DNA of 64,000 bases from Amoebidium appalachense (GCA_963693365.1 CAVNZM010000002.1:7408454-7472453), one strand, 5' to 3'. Shown: positions 19,512 to 36,632, counted from the stretch's first letter. Made by a program: numbers and translations. Notes: a model not told the origin generated them from the sequence alone.

Positions 19512-20066
19512 GGAGCCTCCAAACAAACCAAGCTTAATTCATTGTCATACGTGCAAAAAAGAAACACCAACGTTCAGAATGATGATTTTGAATAGGCAAA
19601 AAAGTCGTGATGGAGGGTGTTTCGAAGGGCGAGTTTTGGGAAATGAATGCGTAGACAAATTGATGCATTTTAGAAAAAGGCCGTAGAAACCTACCCACAG
19701 GCCATGGTCGAAGTCAAGCACTGCAGAAGTAATAATCACTGCCAGTGCGTAGCACATGAGCACGATCCTCACACACAGCAGGCCCCACGCAGGCAGGAAG
19801 TGTGACGTCACAAATCTCTCCGTGTCCAGGTAGTGAAACTTGAGCTGCCAACACTGTTCCCTCCACCCGCCAGCGTGGTACGGTAACACTTCATTGTCTT
19901 TGTCTTGTTTCTGGTCTGCAACTTCAACAATGCACACTGTTTCTAAATTTGCTTGTTTGAAGTCGTGGGACATCTTGGCAACTTGGACTTCCGCGGTGAA
20001 TGTGGGGCTCTGCATGGTTGATTCAGTATTTGCGTTCGCTGAGTTGTAGTTGACGTAAGCTGCCAT
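18202..20066 (-). CDS. Multi-pass membrane protein, FAR-17a/AIG1-like (rolling-stone-like) family, 4 exons
   Basis: Phase-compatible exons 20066-19695, 19344-19275, 19045-18890, 18536-18202. Protein contains RFVTSHFLP..LLCVRI, WFRYCTQLTY, IIVPILFW, NLSLHG, and GWTYWFLD, matching the family pattern with conserved Thr and His. Family assignment is from motif recall. Confidence 0.78.
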
Positions 20067-20174
20067 GATCGCTGGTAGTTATTGCTGCTCTGCTGGAACA
20101 CAGAAGATTTAGTCAGCCTCAACTCGGCTGCCTGGCTGCGAATCCTGCGATGTCTTCTGCGAACCGTCTTGGTG

Positions 20175-20275
20175 CCATTTTATATACTTATTGCGAAGAC
20201 CATGCATCCAATCATAAATGGCTCAAGGCGTTATCCAATCGTTACGAAATACGAACTCACCAGATCCACCAATCA
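20175..20275 (-). promoter_or_regulatory. TATA plus three CCAAT boxes
   Basis: Minus-strand TATATAAAA at ~20178-20186; ccaatc at ~20208, 20235, 20269. Confidence 0.55.
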
Positions 20276-20852
20276 AAAGTTTTCTAAGGTTTTTGTTTGC
20301 GTCTGGTCTCTCTGGAGCAGTGGAGCTCCGAAGGAAGCTCACCTGAGTCTTTGCCAGCTAGCTGGCCTGCCTCGAACAGTGTCCATCCGCAATTCCTTCC
20401 TCTCAACTGTTTAAGCTTTCTGCTGCTTTTATTTCTTCTTTGCTATAGGTATCTTATACTCCTTCTCAGTGTAGGCCTACTGACCATTCAGCCCCAGTAA
20501 TCACAGTAAGCCTGCCGTGAACGCGAGGAATGTTCACCATAACATTCCACTTTCCAGGGTTATCGGTCCTTGTTGAGGCCGCCGCGTGGCACCGGCCTTG
20601 TAAATCTTCTCAAAAAACTTTTTAAATCAAAATAATCTTTTTTTTTATTCCTTTTTATGGTCTTGCTAGCCGTTGTGGAAAGCAACAGACATGAGGCCAA
20701 TTGGATGCCATCCAGCCTGGCCAGGCCCACTCTCACTCAAGCCCGACCATAACCCCGTTTTTACGGTAAAAAATACCCAGAGAATTTTGAAAATACCAAC
20801 AAACTTTCGGTTCATGGTAAGCCTCCCGAGGTTTCATGGTAAGACATGGTAA

Positions 20853-20899
<47 letters not shown>

Positions 20900-21018
20900 G
20901 CCCGCCCGGCCCCCATGCATATGGCTGCGTATTATAACACAACACATGTGGTAAACCATGATATCATACGTATACAGGCATCACATGATACGGATATTCC
21001 AAAGACTAGTGGCGCCAC

Positions 21019-22660
<1,642 letters not shown>

Positions 22661-23869
22661 CCCTCATAAGACATGTGCGCGCAAGCATCTGGCTATGATA
22701 CGGAGCCAACTCCCGAGGTTGGATTGCGCAAACAGTGCCCCGCCAAATGACATGGTACGAAAAATACCATAACCCGAAACCCAAAATACATCGGGGCTTG
22801 AAAAAATACCTTCAAAATTTTCTGAATTTTCGGGCTTGCTGAGTCTCACTCTGGAGTCTCTGGAGGGCCTGCCCGGCCTGGAGATGTCCATCTCCTTAGG
22901 AATGTAAACAAATACCACAATTTATCATGATTCATCAGAGCTAAAACTACAGGGCTGAGTGGGACATGATGCCAAGTGGATTAGCCTGGCCATGGGTATG
23001 TTTTTAGTTTGTGCGTTGCACTTACTTCTGATGATTATTAACATGTACATAATAAATTATTGTACATACCATTGCATCTATCTACCATACAGTCTGACAG
23101 TATGTAGCTGAAGGCCTGAGGCTGCGGATGAAAACATAGCCTAGTGCGTGAGATTATCATGATGTGGCTTTCTCTCCGCGCCTCTGGGTTTCGCCCAACC
23201 TGCCAACTGTGACACCAACGGCCGCTGAGCGGTGTAAACCTTGACACGTCGTGCACTCAAGGCAAAGAAAATGTAAACCACGCAGCTCTATTACTCGTAG
23301 TATGCGAGAAATGTTGATATTTGTCAAACACCAGAAACAGAAAAGATAAATGCCTGGCCATGGGCAATCCCGGACGAGGAGGAAGGTAGGCACGAGCAGG
23401 GCACGGGAAGCTAAAGGCCACGGCAAGAAGGAGCGGAGGGGGAGCTGCCAGGAGGGGGGAGGGGGGGGGGGGGGGTAAAGAGAGAGGGGGGGGGGGAGGG
23501 GGGGGGGGGGGGGGGGGTTTCCAACCAACTTTCAATGGATTCCATAATAATCGAGAGAACCAGGGTCCACGTGGCTCTGATGGCATCGCTGTTTTTTTTC
23601 ATTTTTTTATTATCATCATTATTTTTTTTATTTTTTTTTTGGGGGGGGGGAGGGGGGGGGGGGAGGAGGGAGGGGATCGAGAGGAGGTGGACTGAGGAGA
23701 AGACCCCCGGGGCGCCCCCCTCCCCCCCCTCTCCCCTTCTTCCCCTATATCAATTGGATACTAAGTATAAAGACGTACCGAAGATATCCAATCAGATAAC
23801 TTCCTCGCACCGTGAGTGCAACACTGCAATGTTTTTTTCCCTCATACACACTTTCATGTTTAATATATT

Positions 23870-24068
23870 TACTACATTATTACACATAAAACATCTTGTA
23901 CCTACAGCCTTCGTATTTTTAAAGCAATCATAGTCGTACGGTACTGTATTATACTTGTCATAAACTGAGCCCAGTCTGCTTTTGGACCAGTTGGTCCTGA
24001 TGACGTCACGAACTGCTGTTCCAAATTCCAAAGCCGAAAGCAGCTGTGGTCTGTGGATGAGCTCCAGG

Positions 24069-24108
<40 letters not shown>

Positions 24109-24300
24109 TTCTCCCCCCAGGCTCACCTGGCCGAGACCTTGCCCCATCCACCCACCTATTCAACCGTTCGAAGTTCTTCCCGGCCTTCCTCTCCTCTACA
24201 CGGCTACACAAAGAAGCTTATTGCCCATCTCGCTTCTTTATAGCATCGACTTGCTGAATATTTAAGGCTATTCCGAAGTCACCACAACTCGTTTCCTAGT
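23870..24300 (-). pseudogene. Exon-like fragments of an unidentified, probably decayed gene
   Basis: Protein-like translations ETSCGDFGIALNIQQVDAIKKRDGQ*ASLCSRVEERKAGKNFERLNR (in-frame TAA) and LLSALEFGTAVRDVIRTNWSKSRLGSVYDKYNTVPYDYD, separated by a GT-AG intron-like segment with a poly(G) run. Confidence 0.3.
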
Positions 24301-25307
24301 AATGCCGTTTGCCTTTGAGTCCATGTGCTCTCCTTGGCGAGTCCTTGTCTAGAGCATGGGCACTATTCAAAGGTGGCCTGGATATATTCAGCCCCATGAT
24401 TTAACCTAACCTGTAGTTCTGGTCTTTCTTTGTTTATCTGGGCACTGCTGATGTGTAAATGCTAAGAAGAATGAACGAAAATAGAGGCCACTAATACCTG
24501 CTTAGTAGATATTTGAAACGGAAGAAAATCCGTTTTGTCAGATCCATATAAGGGTTAAATGAGAAACAGGATCAGACCAGATGACACCCATTACTAAGCC
24601 CTTTCTTGTCCACACAGAGAGAGGAGGGAAGATGAGCACGAAAGAGGTATTTGCCCCCCCCCCCCCTCTCCCCCCCCCCCCCCCCCCCCCTCCCCTCCCC
24701 CCCCCCCCCCCCCTCCCCCCAACCATCCCCGGGCACCCCGAGAACAAGCGAGAAACGAGAAGAAAGAGTTGGCATAGATTACATACACACTTGGTATGCA
24801 GAAAGGAAGCAATGTGCCCCAATGCATGCACTCTTGCACCTGTCCCCACAAACACATACTGTGTGAGAGATCTGGGGCCCCTTTTAACGGCAAGCGGGGG
24901 ATAATAGAGGGAGGGAGAAGGGGTCGTAGGGGAGGAGTGAAGGGGAAGGGTCAAGAAGTGTTGAAAGGGCTGGACGGGATTAGGTTGAAAGATAGATGAT
25001 GAGAGCAGTGAAGAGAGGGAGAGGACAGGCCAGAGCGCAAGGGCGAAAGCAAAACTGAGAAGGGCGGGGAGAGAGTGTAACTGTATGGACAGCCGATTAT
25101 TGAGTGCACATGAGCGCATAATAGCATGTTGGTTCGTTTGTGTAGTTTGTGTGTGTTGGAAAACAAGTGCACACACCTGTGTTTATGTCCATGTGCGCAA
25201 GGGTAGGTGAGCTGTAAGGTTATTGTCGAAACTAAACCAAGGGGCTTGGGTAGAAGGTCGGGCGGGCGGGGCGGGCGGGGCGGGCGGGCGGCCGGGCGGG
25301 CGGGCGG

Positions 25308-25358
<51 letters not shown>

Positions 25359-25826
25359 GGGGGGGGGGGGGGGGGGGAAGGGAGGCTGCCAGGGTCTTTC
25401 TTTCTTTCTTTTTTTTTATTTTCTTTTTTTTTTGGGGGGGGGGGGGGAGGAGGGGGGGGGGGGGGGGGGGGGGGGAGGGGGGGGGGGGGGGGTATGGCGA
25501 TTTAGCTTGGCTCTGCACAGGAATTGGGAGAGGTAGAAAAGCAGAGAGACGGGGTAAGGGTAAGACCATATTATGATATACTTGGATAATGATATCTGCC
25601 GTAGTATAATGTACTTGGATAATGTGCTCTGCCCAGAGTGTAGGTGTGGAGTTTGAAATCTGTTTTTCTTCTCCTTCTTCTTTTTTTCTCTTTCTTGAAA
25701 GGGGAGGCGGGGAGGGGGGGGGGGGGGAGGGGGGGGGGTTCCAGCCCCTGGATGATTGATTGGTTTTTTTTTTTTTTTTTTTTTGGAAAGTGGGGGGGAG
25801 GGGGGAAGGGAGGGGGGAAAGGTGGG

Positions 25827-25859
<33 letters not shown>

Positions 25860-26132
25860 GACAGAGAGAAAGGTTAGGTAATGACAAGGTACTTGGCAGA
25901 AACTAATGACTGTTACCCCCCCCCCCCCCCCCACCCCCACCCCCCCCCCCCCCCCCCCCCAACCCACCTTTCCGTCGTGCCCTTCCCATTTGCCCACTAT
26001 ACCACTCACTCATAGATATTAACGGGCATAAACGGTTTTTATTGTAGTTATTATTGTTTGTGTTCTAGTATGTCAATGTGCGCAGATGTGCCGTTGCCAG
26101 GGATGTGATGGAATTAGGGGAAATGAGGCGTC

Positions 26133-26163
<31 letters not shown>

Positions 26164-27276
26164 CCGCTTTAGAGGCTGGGGGGGGGGGGGGGGGGGGGGG
26201 GGGATGGGATTTAGTAAGGGATCAACGGGCAATCTATGCATCAAAACATGCCTTACAAGTTGATTTTTTTTGCAGAGACAGTCGCCATTGCGCAACACAG
26301 GCGCGACACCGAAAAAAAAACTATTTCCTGACTCTCAGGACTGCAGGTATGTTGCAAGTTGTCGGTGTGACTAGTGGGAGGCTTGTAAGGTTAGGGGTAG
26401 AGCCGGTACGGAAGGTAGGACTTGGACCTGGCGGGAGAGGGGGGAAGGGAAAGGGAGGACGTGGGACGTGGGGGATTTTGGGAGAAATGGGGTGTAGGGA
26501 AGAGAGAAGGGAGGGATTCGCGGGGGGAGACTGGGAGGGGGGGAGAGGGGGGGGGGGGGGGGGGAAGGGGAGGGAGGATGAAGAGGGATAGAGAGGGAGA
26601 AAGATGTTTACTTGCCCTTTCTAATTTGTTCTACAAGGGAGAAGCATGGTGGGTGGTGCACCTCGCCACTGTTTTTCATCTCCTTAAGCTACTTTTCACA
26701 GACGGCTGCGAAACGGATCTTCCACGTTGCCAAGTTCGGCTAGATTATCCCGTACCTCCCTCCCCCCCCCCCCCCTCCCCCCCCCCCCCCCCCCCCCAAA
26801 AAAAGCCATCCCCAGTTCCTCCTCTTCCTTCCCCAGCCAAGCAACCAGCCAATGAAAAAAACCCCTCAATCATGGGATCCCCCTCATGGCAGCACTGTCT
26901 GTTCTCCCAACACTTTTGTTACTATAATTAAAGTAGTGCACAGCCGCAAAGCAATTTCTGTAAACAATACCTTTGTGAAGTAGTATATTGATGCCCACTC
27001 GATTGCTGGCATTGGCATTATGGTTCTTGCAACTGGTATAACCTAAGTATATTGCTCCCATTATGATGCTACGATGTGCAGGTGAATTATGGTGATGCAA
27101 GAATTGGAATTGATAGCGTGCTCGCAGATGAATGATACGTACCGGGCCATTCGTCCATGCCCAGGGAACATCGTTGATGGTGAAGATAAGAAGCGGAGTG
27201 ACTGCTATGTCGGGGTAGAGTAGTCAGAGAGAACCTCAAGGCATAGAAATCACCATGTGTGTTTTTTTTTGTTTTC

Positions 27277-27307
<31 letters not shown>

Positions 27308-27547
27308 GGGGGGGAGGGGGGGTTGGGGAGGGGGGATGGAGGATACAGTCTTGCCCTCTTGTTCCCCAGGTGGAATACCAGAAATACGAGTCGCGGGTAA
27401 AGCAGGTACGCCCACATGAGAGCACGAGGGGAGAGGGGGCGGAGTTTAGGGGAACAGGGCAGGACGTAGGTTTTTTTTTTTTTTTTTTTTTTTTGTTTTT
27501 GTTTTGTTTTGTTGTAGAGTTGGGGTTGTTTTTTTTTTTTTTTTTTT

Positions 27548-27578
<31 letters not shown>

Positions 27579-28969
27579 GGGGGGAGGGGGGGGGGGGGGG
27601 GGCAAAGTTACAAGGACGATTGATATAAATGGGGCTGTTGCATGATCTTGACTGAAGGCATTAATGACGCTGAGTTGGAATTTTCAGTGTGTGTTTTTGG
27701 TGCATGCAGGTGTTGCTTGAGCTGCTGCCACTTTGTTGGCTGGTGGGGTGCACTCGCATTTTAGTTATCTTCACACAGTTTGTCTGCCTCCGGTAATGGT
27801 GCGTGTATATTATTTTATTCGGCCATGTATTATAGCCATCGTAAACTAATGGCTTTTTCAAGGTTTTCCAATTGCATAACTGAGTGTTGGCCGGGGGTGC
27901 AGGCATTGAAAGACGGTCAGTCAGGGGTCGTGGAAACAGCAAAAGCGGTACATGACATCTGGGTCAGCGATTTCCCGCGGGTGGGTCGTCCCTTACCAGT
28001 GGTGACCCATTACTAGGAACCGCCAAAAAAATTGGGTAAAGAAAAGAGGGAGCGAATTCAGGAATGACGGGCATAAGAGTTCGCTTGTCAAGAACGAGAG
28101 TGTGTGGGCAGGTTTTTCAACCCCCTCTAGGGGCAGGGGGGAAGGGGGGGGGGGGGGGGGGGATAGATATTCACTAATCACTAGAGTTTCTCGAACCCCT
28201 TCTTGCGGTCAGAGTTCGTTTGTTGGTAGGATCTCCCGTGAGAGATATCGGATTGAGGGAGCGGGCGCATTTAATACAAAATCCATAAACCCACAAGCAA
28301 ATGCTTCGTCTGCGTGCCTTGTTTCATGTTTGCTGAGCAGGTGTCGCTGTGTCTATCTGCAGGAATGGATGAACGAAGCGAAGATGAAGGCGAATTTTGA
28401 ATTGGGTGCTGCCATCCGACTCCCCTGGCAGCCAAAAGGAGACATAAGCGCCCTGAGTAAGCCCCCCCCCCCCCCCCCCCCCCCCTCCCCCCCCTCCCCC
28501 CCCTCCCCCCCCCCCCCCCTCCCCTCCCCTGTCCCTCCCCTAGCTCTGCATTTAACCACACAATACAAATCGTTTTTGTAATGCTTCCCAAGCAGCCCCC
28601 CTCCCTCCCCTTCCCCCCCCCCCCCCCCCCCCCCCCCCTCCTTTCCTTCCTGCCTCTTGACCAGATGACTAACCGTCGAATTTGCCCTGCCTCGGTACCG
28701 CTTATCCACACGGCATTTTGACTGCTCTTCTTATTCCTTCAATCAACCACATATTTCTTATTTTGAACTCGGGTGCTCCTATCTGACTTGAAGGTTCCTG
28801 CGTGTGCTAAGGATGCATAGGTGACCCCTTCACGTCTGTGCATGTGGAGAAAAATCATTGTGCAGGTTGCTTTTGTGAATACTTTGACGTGTCAACTTAA
28901 CCAACTTGTGAAATATGTTTCGTGCCTGCTTGCCTACGTGCATGCATGAAATTCGTGTGTATGTGTGCG

Positions 28970-29040
<71 letters not shown>

Positions 29041-29049
29041 GTGTGCGTG

Positions 29050-29091
<42 letters not shown>

Positions 29092-29108
29092 TGTGTGCGT
29101 GTGTGCGT

Positions 29109-29195
<87 letters not shown>

Positions 29196-29389
29196 CGTGT
29201 GTCTGTGCGTGCCTGGGTAATGCTATTGTTTCGTGTTCTGCTTTCTGCAATGATCGGCCTTCTTTTCCTTTTTTCCTTTTCCTTTTTCCAACTCTTAGTG
29301 CATACATCGCTAAGTCTGTAGGCTCAGATGCTCTTTCATGTTGAAAGCTGATTGTCTCCCCCCCCCCCCCCCCCCCCCCCCCCCACCAC

Positions 29390-29420
<31 letters not shown>

Positions 29421-30451
29421 ACACAATGGGCAAAGTGGGGAAAAAAAAATGGAAGAAAGAAAGAAAAGAAACGAATAAAAAGGGTGTTAGTGTTTAATGT
29501 CATCTGCGTTTACAGTGTTCTTTTACTGCCATCCAACTTCTCCACCTGTGACAACCGTGGGCATACCCTTAGCCTAAGACCTCACAATACACACAAGCAA
29601 CCACACGTACACGTGTGAAGCACTGCACGTGACCCCTTACGTGCACATAGAGCACGTGACACCCACTCACGTGCACATATGTGCTCACACCGCACCAAAA
29701 ACTATGAGGATATACACACACCACACGAACTACATACACACGGACAGATAGGCAGGTGCACATTCACGCACATGCACACAGGCACACACCCGCCCACAAA
29801 CACACCCATGCAACCACGCACACACGCACCCACGTACATACGCACACACACTGTTGGAATCTGTGAACAGGAGGTCCGGGCTTGGTGGCGGCCGAAAGGG
29901 CGAACCAATGCAACATTTCGCTCGTGGACTTGATAGCAAGTCTCAAAAACACCTCTGGACTGGAGCTCTGGGAGGGGGGGATCGAAGCTCTCTATATCCA
30001 AGGCGAGGGACTTCTGGTGGTGCTGAAAAACCCCCTTGAGTCTGCCTTCCTGGGATGCCCAAAGGAGGGGAAGAGTGCAATGGGGAACACCTTGTTGCAA
30101 TTTTTTGAGGTACAGTACTCTCATACACCCCGAAGAGTCAACTTGGGGTCTGTTCAAGTGTATTCTGCCTGCAAGTTTTTTTTATTTATATTCCACTTTA
30201 TGGTTTGATTTTGGGGTTTCTATTTTTGTGACACTTTGTCTTTTGCCATTTGATATCTCCAACCCTCTAATATTAGTTCATACATCCCCCCCCCCCCCCC
30301 CCCCCCCCCCGCCCCCAAAGGCTATTCTTTCCTTGTCCTAATTTCCACCTCGGGTTTGCCTTGCTACACGTCATTCACTTTCACATTTGCAGTGTAAAAT
30401 CTAGGTGGAAAGCGCACATGGAAATGATAAACTGTGACCGGGCAGCGAGAT

Positions 30452-30484
<33 letters not shown>

Positions 30485-31003
30485 ATTTGGGGTGGGGTTT
30501 GTGTGTTTTCTTGGGGGAGGGGGGAGGGGGGTGGGGGGGGGGCAAGGGGGAAAGGGGAGAAGGTTCTTAATGCAGGGAGTGTGTGTGTATGGTTTGTGTA
30601 GGTGTGCATGCACACATGTACATGTGTGCATGTGTGTGTGTGTGCAAACAATGACTGTAGAGGTGGGTGCCAGCATGCACGTTTCCATCTGGATGTTTGT
30701 GTGTGGGTTGCACATAGGGAGGATGGATCTTATTTGTGTATTTGGGCTGTTGATTGGGTGGATGGATGGGTGGATGGGTGGGTGGGCGGGTGGGGGGGGT
30801 TTGAGGAATGCAAGTGTAGTGTATAGACTGCACCGTGCAGACATAGCGTGTTATCGTGTTTGCATATGTCCTTCTTCAGTAGTAAGCGACCTTGTGTTTA
30901 CAAAGGGAGGGATAAAAGCAGGGACGGATGGATGGAGGGATGGAGTCAAAGGATGAGGGGGGGAGGGAGAGAATAAGGGGTGGGGGGAGGGGGGAGGGGG
31001 AGG

Positions 31004-31043
<40 letters not shown>

Positions 31044-33198
31044 TTGAGTGAGTTGGAGAGCGAGAGAGAGTGAGAACAAGACAGAGAGGGAGAGGGTGAG
31101 GGAGACGAAGGGAGGGAGGGAGAAAGAGGGGCAGAGAGAGAGTGTGTGTGTCTGTGTGAGCCCCCCCCTCCCCCCCCGCGCCACCCACCCCTCCCTCTAC
31201 CCCCCCTCTCCCCCCCTCCCTCCCACCCCCCGCCCACCCCCCTCGGGCCCTCCCGGAGGCTCGCCATCCCACCGCTTATAACCCAACCACCCCTGTCACC
31301 CCCCCCCCTCCCCCCCCCCCCCCCCCCCCCCCCCCCCACACACACACACCTCTCCTTCCTGTCTATGTGAGCGGAGATAATCCCCTGTGCGGGCATGTAA
31401 AAAAACAACAGCGTTCCGCACTTCTAGTCTGCCAGGGCAGATAGTGTCTCTGAAGAAGCAGACGTGTACACTTGTACGCCCACACAGCAAACACACGTGC
31501 AAACACGAAAACACACTTTTTAGTCATCGGATTGGTTGAAAAGGAAATAGGCTGCTTTTAGGTTTCTTCTGTCTCTAGAAACCAAGTGTAGCATCCTGTT
31601 GTCAACAGGTCGGTTTCTTTAAAATTTATTGAGGGATAACGGTTTTATACGTCACAGTTATATCAGCACCTCACTAGCCTTTTGACTCATTTTCTGGAAT
31701 TTCTCCGTAACTGAAAAAGAAACCAGTGCCTGGCAACGAGAACCTGTACTGATGTGATCCGTGTGTGCACAGGCAACTTGGGGACGCTCTGAAATGCTTC
31801 GAAATCCTAATGACACCCTCATGCCAATCAAGAATGTATTATCCTGCGACAACAAACCATTAAGGGATTGTCTTGCATTGCATCTTGGTTTTATGTGGTT
31901 GCTTACTCCCCTAACCCCCCCCCCCCCCCCCCCCCCCCCCGAAGGGTGAAAAAAGGAAAAGAAAAAGAAAAACACACATTGCCTGTCGTTTGCCTTGGTG
32001 CGGGATGGGCTTTTGCTGCAGTCTCTTCTCATATGTCTGCATGGTTGTTTGGTGTTAATACGCTACGACTTTTGTTATGTAGGTTATACCATGTGGTGTG
32101 TAACACATCCCAACCCCCCCCCCCCCCCCCCCTCCCCGCCCCTCCCCCCCCCTCCCCCCCTCCCCCCCTCCCCCCCCCCCACACGGCACACACTCACACA
32201 AACACACACACACACACACACACACGCCCGCGCCCGCGCGCAGTCTCGCGCAAACCCTTTTCCCGCCTATAAATGCATACGCTGTGTGTGCGATGCAACA
32301 TCTGTTTTGTATGGTCTTTGGTTTGATGTGTACTTATGCACTCTGTAACCCCCCCCCCCCCCCCCCCCCCCCTCCCCCCCCCCCCCCCCCCTCCCCTCCC
32401 CCCGTGGATGCCGCCGCCACCCAAGTAATAATAGGTCCTCCTACTAGATATCGGTGATGCAAGCTTATTGGGAAGGCGTGTGCATGTTTGGTGTTAACGA
32501 CTAATGGTTCAATATAGACTACACACCCCGACAAACTACTGAGTTCAACTGACTACCGGATGGTTGCCAATTTGAAATGACGCCGCATATTTACCACGCT
32601 ATATCGTAGTAAATATGTGACGTCATTTCGGATTGAAAGCCACCCGGCAGTCAGTTTATGTAGTAGTCTGTCAAGGTGCATTGTCTTTATTGAAACCTCC
32701 CTCCTTGATGTGTATGTGCCCATGCCGGGGGTTAAAGAAGCACATGTCACAGGCTTGCATTGGAAAAATGCACCACGCCGGCGATATCGGATTTCAGGTG
32801 GAATATGTCCGAGAATAGGAGTGTTGAAACAAGCCCCCGTGTGTGTGCTGACGTGTAATGTATGCAGATTGCCATGCACCTTGGTGCAGAGGTACTGCAA
32901 TGTGTGTCTGTAACTGAGCAGCCAGGCATCCAGGAGAGGGTCAACGACAGAAAGGAAGTTCAAGAGTTGTCGAGAAAGTGTTCCCAGATCCTATTGGAGG
33001 GAGAAGACGTTTCAAGGCCATTGTTCAGAAAGCTGGTGCAGCGGAGTGACCAGAGCCCCTACCTGCTGCCCCAGGGAAATGGAGACAACGCAACAACGAC
33101 TGCCCACGTGGGTTGCCCCTTCTCTCCATAATTGATGCTCCCCTTAATGAGGAGAGTGCTTGAACAATTATAAAACGTCCTCCCTGGCAATTTTCTCC

Positions 33199-33301
<103 letters not shown>

Positions 33302-33644
33302 CTTCTATCCCACCATCCCTCCCCCATCCACCAAATGTTACTGCTACACCACCACCTCTGACTCCCCAAAGGCCTACCCAAGCACGCACCTATGCACATG
33401 AAGGGGTGTGCTGTGCCTTTGTGACATCCCACTGACAAAATGAGCAACAAACTGTCCGGCTACTTCCCTCTGCACCAGAATCGGCTTATTGACCAGTGAA
33501 CGAAACACAACATGAAACATACATTTTTGTACATATTCTCATGCACAACACACTGACACGCATACATACTCGGGCTCAAATGCACGCTCACACATCCACA
33601 TGGATGCATGCACACGTCGAACAAACCCCCTACATGTGCAGACA

Positions 33645-33745
33645 CACAGGCGATCAAGTTGCAGACTGGGGACTTGCATTGTGCAGTCTTTAAGTTGAGG
33701 TCCCTCGGCGAGCTAAGTCCCCAGTCTGCAACTTGATCGCCTGTG
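33645..33745. repeat. Perfect 31-bp inverted repeat with 39-nt spacer (hairpin), intronic
   Basis: cacaggcgatcaagttgcagactggggactt (33645-33675) and aagtccccagtctgcaacttgatcgcctgtg (33715-33745). Confidence 0.93.
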
Positions 33746-33967
33746 CATGTGCGCTTGCACGTTCGCATGCAGGTGTGCGTGCGTGCGTGAAGGCTCGCGT
33801 GCTCGTCTGCACGTGAGCGTGCTCTTGTGCGAACGCCCCCGTGTGCGTGCGCAACTACGTTGACTGTGACACCGTGGCTTCACACTAATCCTGGATGTTG
33901 ACGAATTGTTCTGAGATGCATTGGCACGCTAACCCCCCTCCCCCCCCCCCCCCCCCCTACCCCCCTC

Positions 33968-33998
<31 letters not shown>

Positions 33999-35208
33999 CC
34001 CCTCCCCCCCGCTCCACAGACCCTCACAAACCCATATTGTGTCGTATGTGCGTAAATTCATGCAAGATGGACTGTTCAAACTTCGGCGGCAAACATTTCC
34101 TGTCCCCGGAAGGTTCCCTCTCCTGTTCCCCAATGACAACTAACCCCCTCGGGTCACAGGCGGCTGCAGATGGAGGCAAGGACCACGGAGCCAAGGTGGA
34201 CAAAGCTATTAAGGTCATTCAGATCCTGAAAAGCTGTAGGGTAAGTGGGGTTTTCAAGACAAAGTAGATATGTGGGGGGGGTGGTTTGGAAGAGTCCGAT
34301 TAAATATGAATGCATGATTCATGCCCAGTAGGCTATGTGTAGAACTTTTGAAAAGCGCTAGCAATACTGTGTTTGTTGATTTTTGCATTTGCGTGAATTT
34401 CGCTATATCGTGTCTCAAAGAAACATTGTGCGAAGATATCCATCCCTGCTTTGATTGCATGGGGCATTTGCATTAGTTTCTTGAAAGCGTAAACGAAATG
34501 GTGCAAACATGACCAAGGTCAAAAGGGTTTCTTTTGGGCCGATTTATAGGCCCTTCCGGATCCGGCCAAAAATGCTTTTGATGCACACCACACCAATCAT
34601 ATCACATTAATCTCCTTCGGGTCCAAATCCTCCCGGATTCCCTAAAGAAAGCCCCCTAAAATCTTGCAGTCATGGATTGTCCTTACAAACCAGAACATAC
34701 TTGTGGCCTATGTTATTGTCTTTGAATACCCACTTTATTCTCATTTGACTAATAATTGATTCATCGCCAATTCTATCAATGCCTTCTTTGCCAAGGAACC
34801 AAGCATGATGGACTTTGCTTTAAATCGTTTATCGAGAACGTTTATTGGTGTGCAATATATATTTTTTCTTCTGGTTCTGCACCTTGGGCTGGTGGGACCG
34901 AAAGGAAACCATACTTAGCCGGGTTCAAAACCGGTTTGGTGAACTTGATTGGTAATACAGGACACATTTGCTCCTTATGGCAGGCATTAAGTGGATGCTC
35001 AGCACATACCCATTTATGTCTGCCTGCAGCTTGAACTGAGGATACATATGTATCATACTGGGCACATTGCCTCCCTCTCCTCCCGATCTTCTCGATTTTT
35101 CTTTCTGTGGGTTTTATCAAGCTTCCTATCTGTTTCTCTTTCCTGTTTCGGCCAAGCCAACATCCCTTTCCCCCACAGCAAAAGTGTTAAGATACCCCCC
35201 CCCCCCCC

Positions 35209-35610
<402 letters not shown>

Positions 35611-36003
35611 CACTCCGGAATTGCCTCCTCTCCCTTTAGTTGTTTACAGGTCGTCGGTTTGAGAACAAAAGCAGGTCCACCCACCCACCCACACGCATAC
35701 GCATACACACATGCACTCGCACTCGCACTCGCACTCGCACTCGCACACACATACTGTAACCCCCGCACCCGCACCCGCACCCGCACCCGCCCGCACTTAA
35801 ATGCTGTAACACACACGCACACACACACACCTCGTCCCCCCTCCCCCCCCCCCCCCCTCCCCTCGCCCCTCTTTTCCCCCCCACTTGTTCTCGTGTTTCT
35901 CATTTCCTTCCCTTTCCCCAATTCATTGTCCCTTCTCTCTGCATTTGCAGGATGAATTCAAGGAAAAACTAATGGATCTGTGGGACGAGAATCTGAGCCC
36001 GGT

Positions 36004-36042
<39 letters not shown>

Positions 36043-36544
36043 CCCCCCGGAAACATGAATGCAGACAGATTCCTATACCCTTTCCACCTCCCCGCCACAC
36101 ACCCAGCCCCCTTCTGTCTTCCTCTATTAAGAAATAAAAAAAGAAGAATAACAAAGAAGGAAGAAAGGAAGAAAAATAAAAAGGGGAAACAAAAGAAGAA
36201 TTTAAACAACAAAAACAAAGAGGGTCTCTGTGCATAAGCAAAATGAAGTATAGAAGATGCCAATACAATGGGCTTGTTAGAATTTGACGGGCTTGGGGTG
36301 ACAGTTTAGGTACAAGGTCTAGAGCATACAGCTGGGTAAATATCGTTATGAAGCGGAAACTATTCGTTGTGTGTTGGAGGCATGAGTAATACAAGGGGGG
36401 GCAGCGCCAGCGGAGGCAGGGATGGTTGTGGCGGCTGTGGTGGTGGTGGGGGTGGTGGTGGTGATGGGAAGGAGGATGATAGTGGTTGGCGACCGGGGAG
36501 TGGGCTTGTGTGTGTCCGTTGTGCGTGTGCGTGTGCGTGTGTTT

Positions 36545-36632
<88 letters not shown>

